In this document: in pieces, positions 63,910 to 64,000 of the stretch | Layout: every line of letters begins with the position of its first letter | Position numbering within the stretch: position 1 is the stretch's first letter | From: an uncultured Gemmatimonadales bacterium | GTDB taxonomy: Bacteria > Gemmatimonadota > Gemmatimonadetes > Longimicrobiales > RSA9 | Length of the DNA: 64,000 bases | Direction: 5' to 3' | NCBI GenBank assembly: GCA_963798085.1 | Contig: CAWCRS010000007.1 | Coordinates: 1,440,001-1,504,000 of the forward strand | Made by a program: the position numbers and the translations under genes | The notes under the pieces: generated by a model | The model's database searches: none | The model's input: only the letters and a program-made list of their open reading frames with translations | Told to the model about the DNA's origin: nothing

Positions 63910-64000
63910 ATGACGCACCGCCCGATCCGCCCCGGCATACGGACCGGCCGGGAAGACGAAGCCGACGAGCCGGCGCGACTGCTGCGCGAGGCGTTCTCCT
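63910..64000 (+). CDS. 5' fragment of a possible GNAT acetyltransferase (runs off the window)
   Basis: MTHRPIRPGIRTGREDEADEPARLLREAF resembles a GNAT N-terminus. Confidence 0.4.
   Translation, partial: MTHRPIRPGIRTGREDEADEPARLLREAFS

Overview
GC-rich bacterial chromosomal segment, mostly core housekeeping genes; gene content and order suggest Gemmatimonadota (inference). Order: pyrC (partial), YhaM-like HD protein, rpsT, site-2 protease, scpA, scpB, rluB, an unknown Rossmann-fold protein, a moxR/DUF58/Bat operon, upp, tRNA(CAT), a sugar/sorbosone dehydrogenase, secDF, tatD, mutL-miaA-bshA-nadC-birA-coaX, a broken CHAT locus, ECF42-type sigma with its DGPF partner, CIRCE-groES-groEL, thrS-infC-rpmI-rplT-pheS-pheT-zapB-zapA-rny-folD-xseA-xseB-ispA-dxs-nadK-recN, a TonB-dependent receptor, a GH125-like gene coupled to glgA, tRNA-Gly, tRNA-Cys and an ABC-2 exporter. 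No CRISPR array, prophage or intact transposase was seen. The strongest signal is window-wide and motif-specific: conserved or catalytic Asp codons in essential genes repeatedly read AAT in a C-AAT-G context (expected CGATG), and several frameshifts read CGAATG where CGATG restores the frame. The most likely cause is base-calling or consensus error at a modified CATCG/CGATG motif, i.e. the footprint of a DNA modification system. Other notable items are a family of composite intergenic repeats, a MITE-like inverted repeat next to an ECF42 promoter, a candidate structured RNA before thrS, a deletion scar joining two 5'-truncated genes, and an apparently degenerate GH125-like protein coupled to glycogen synthase.
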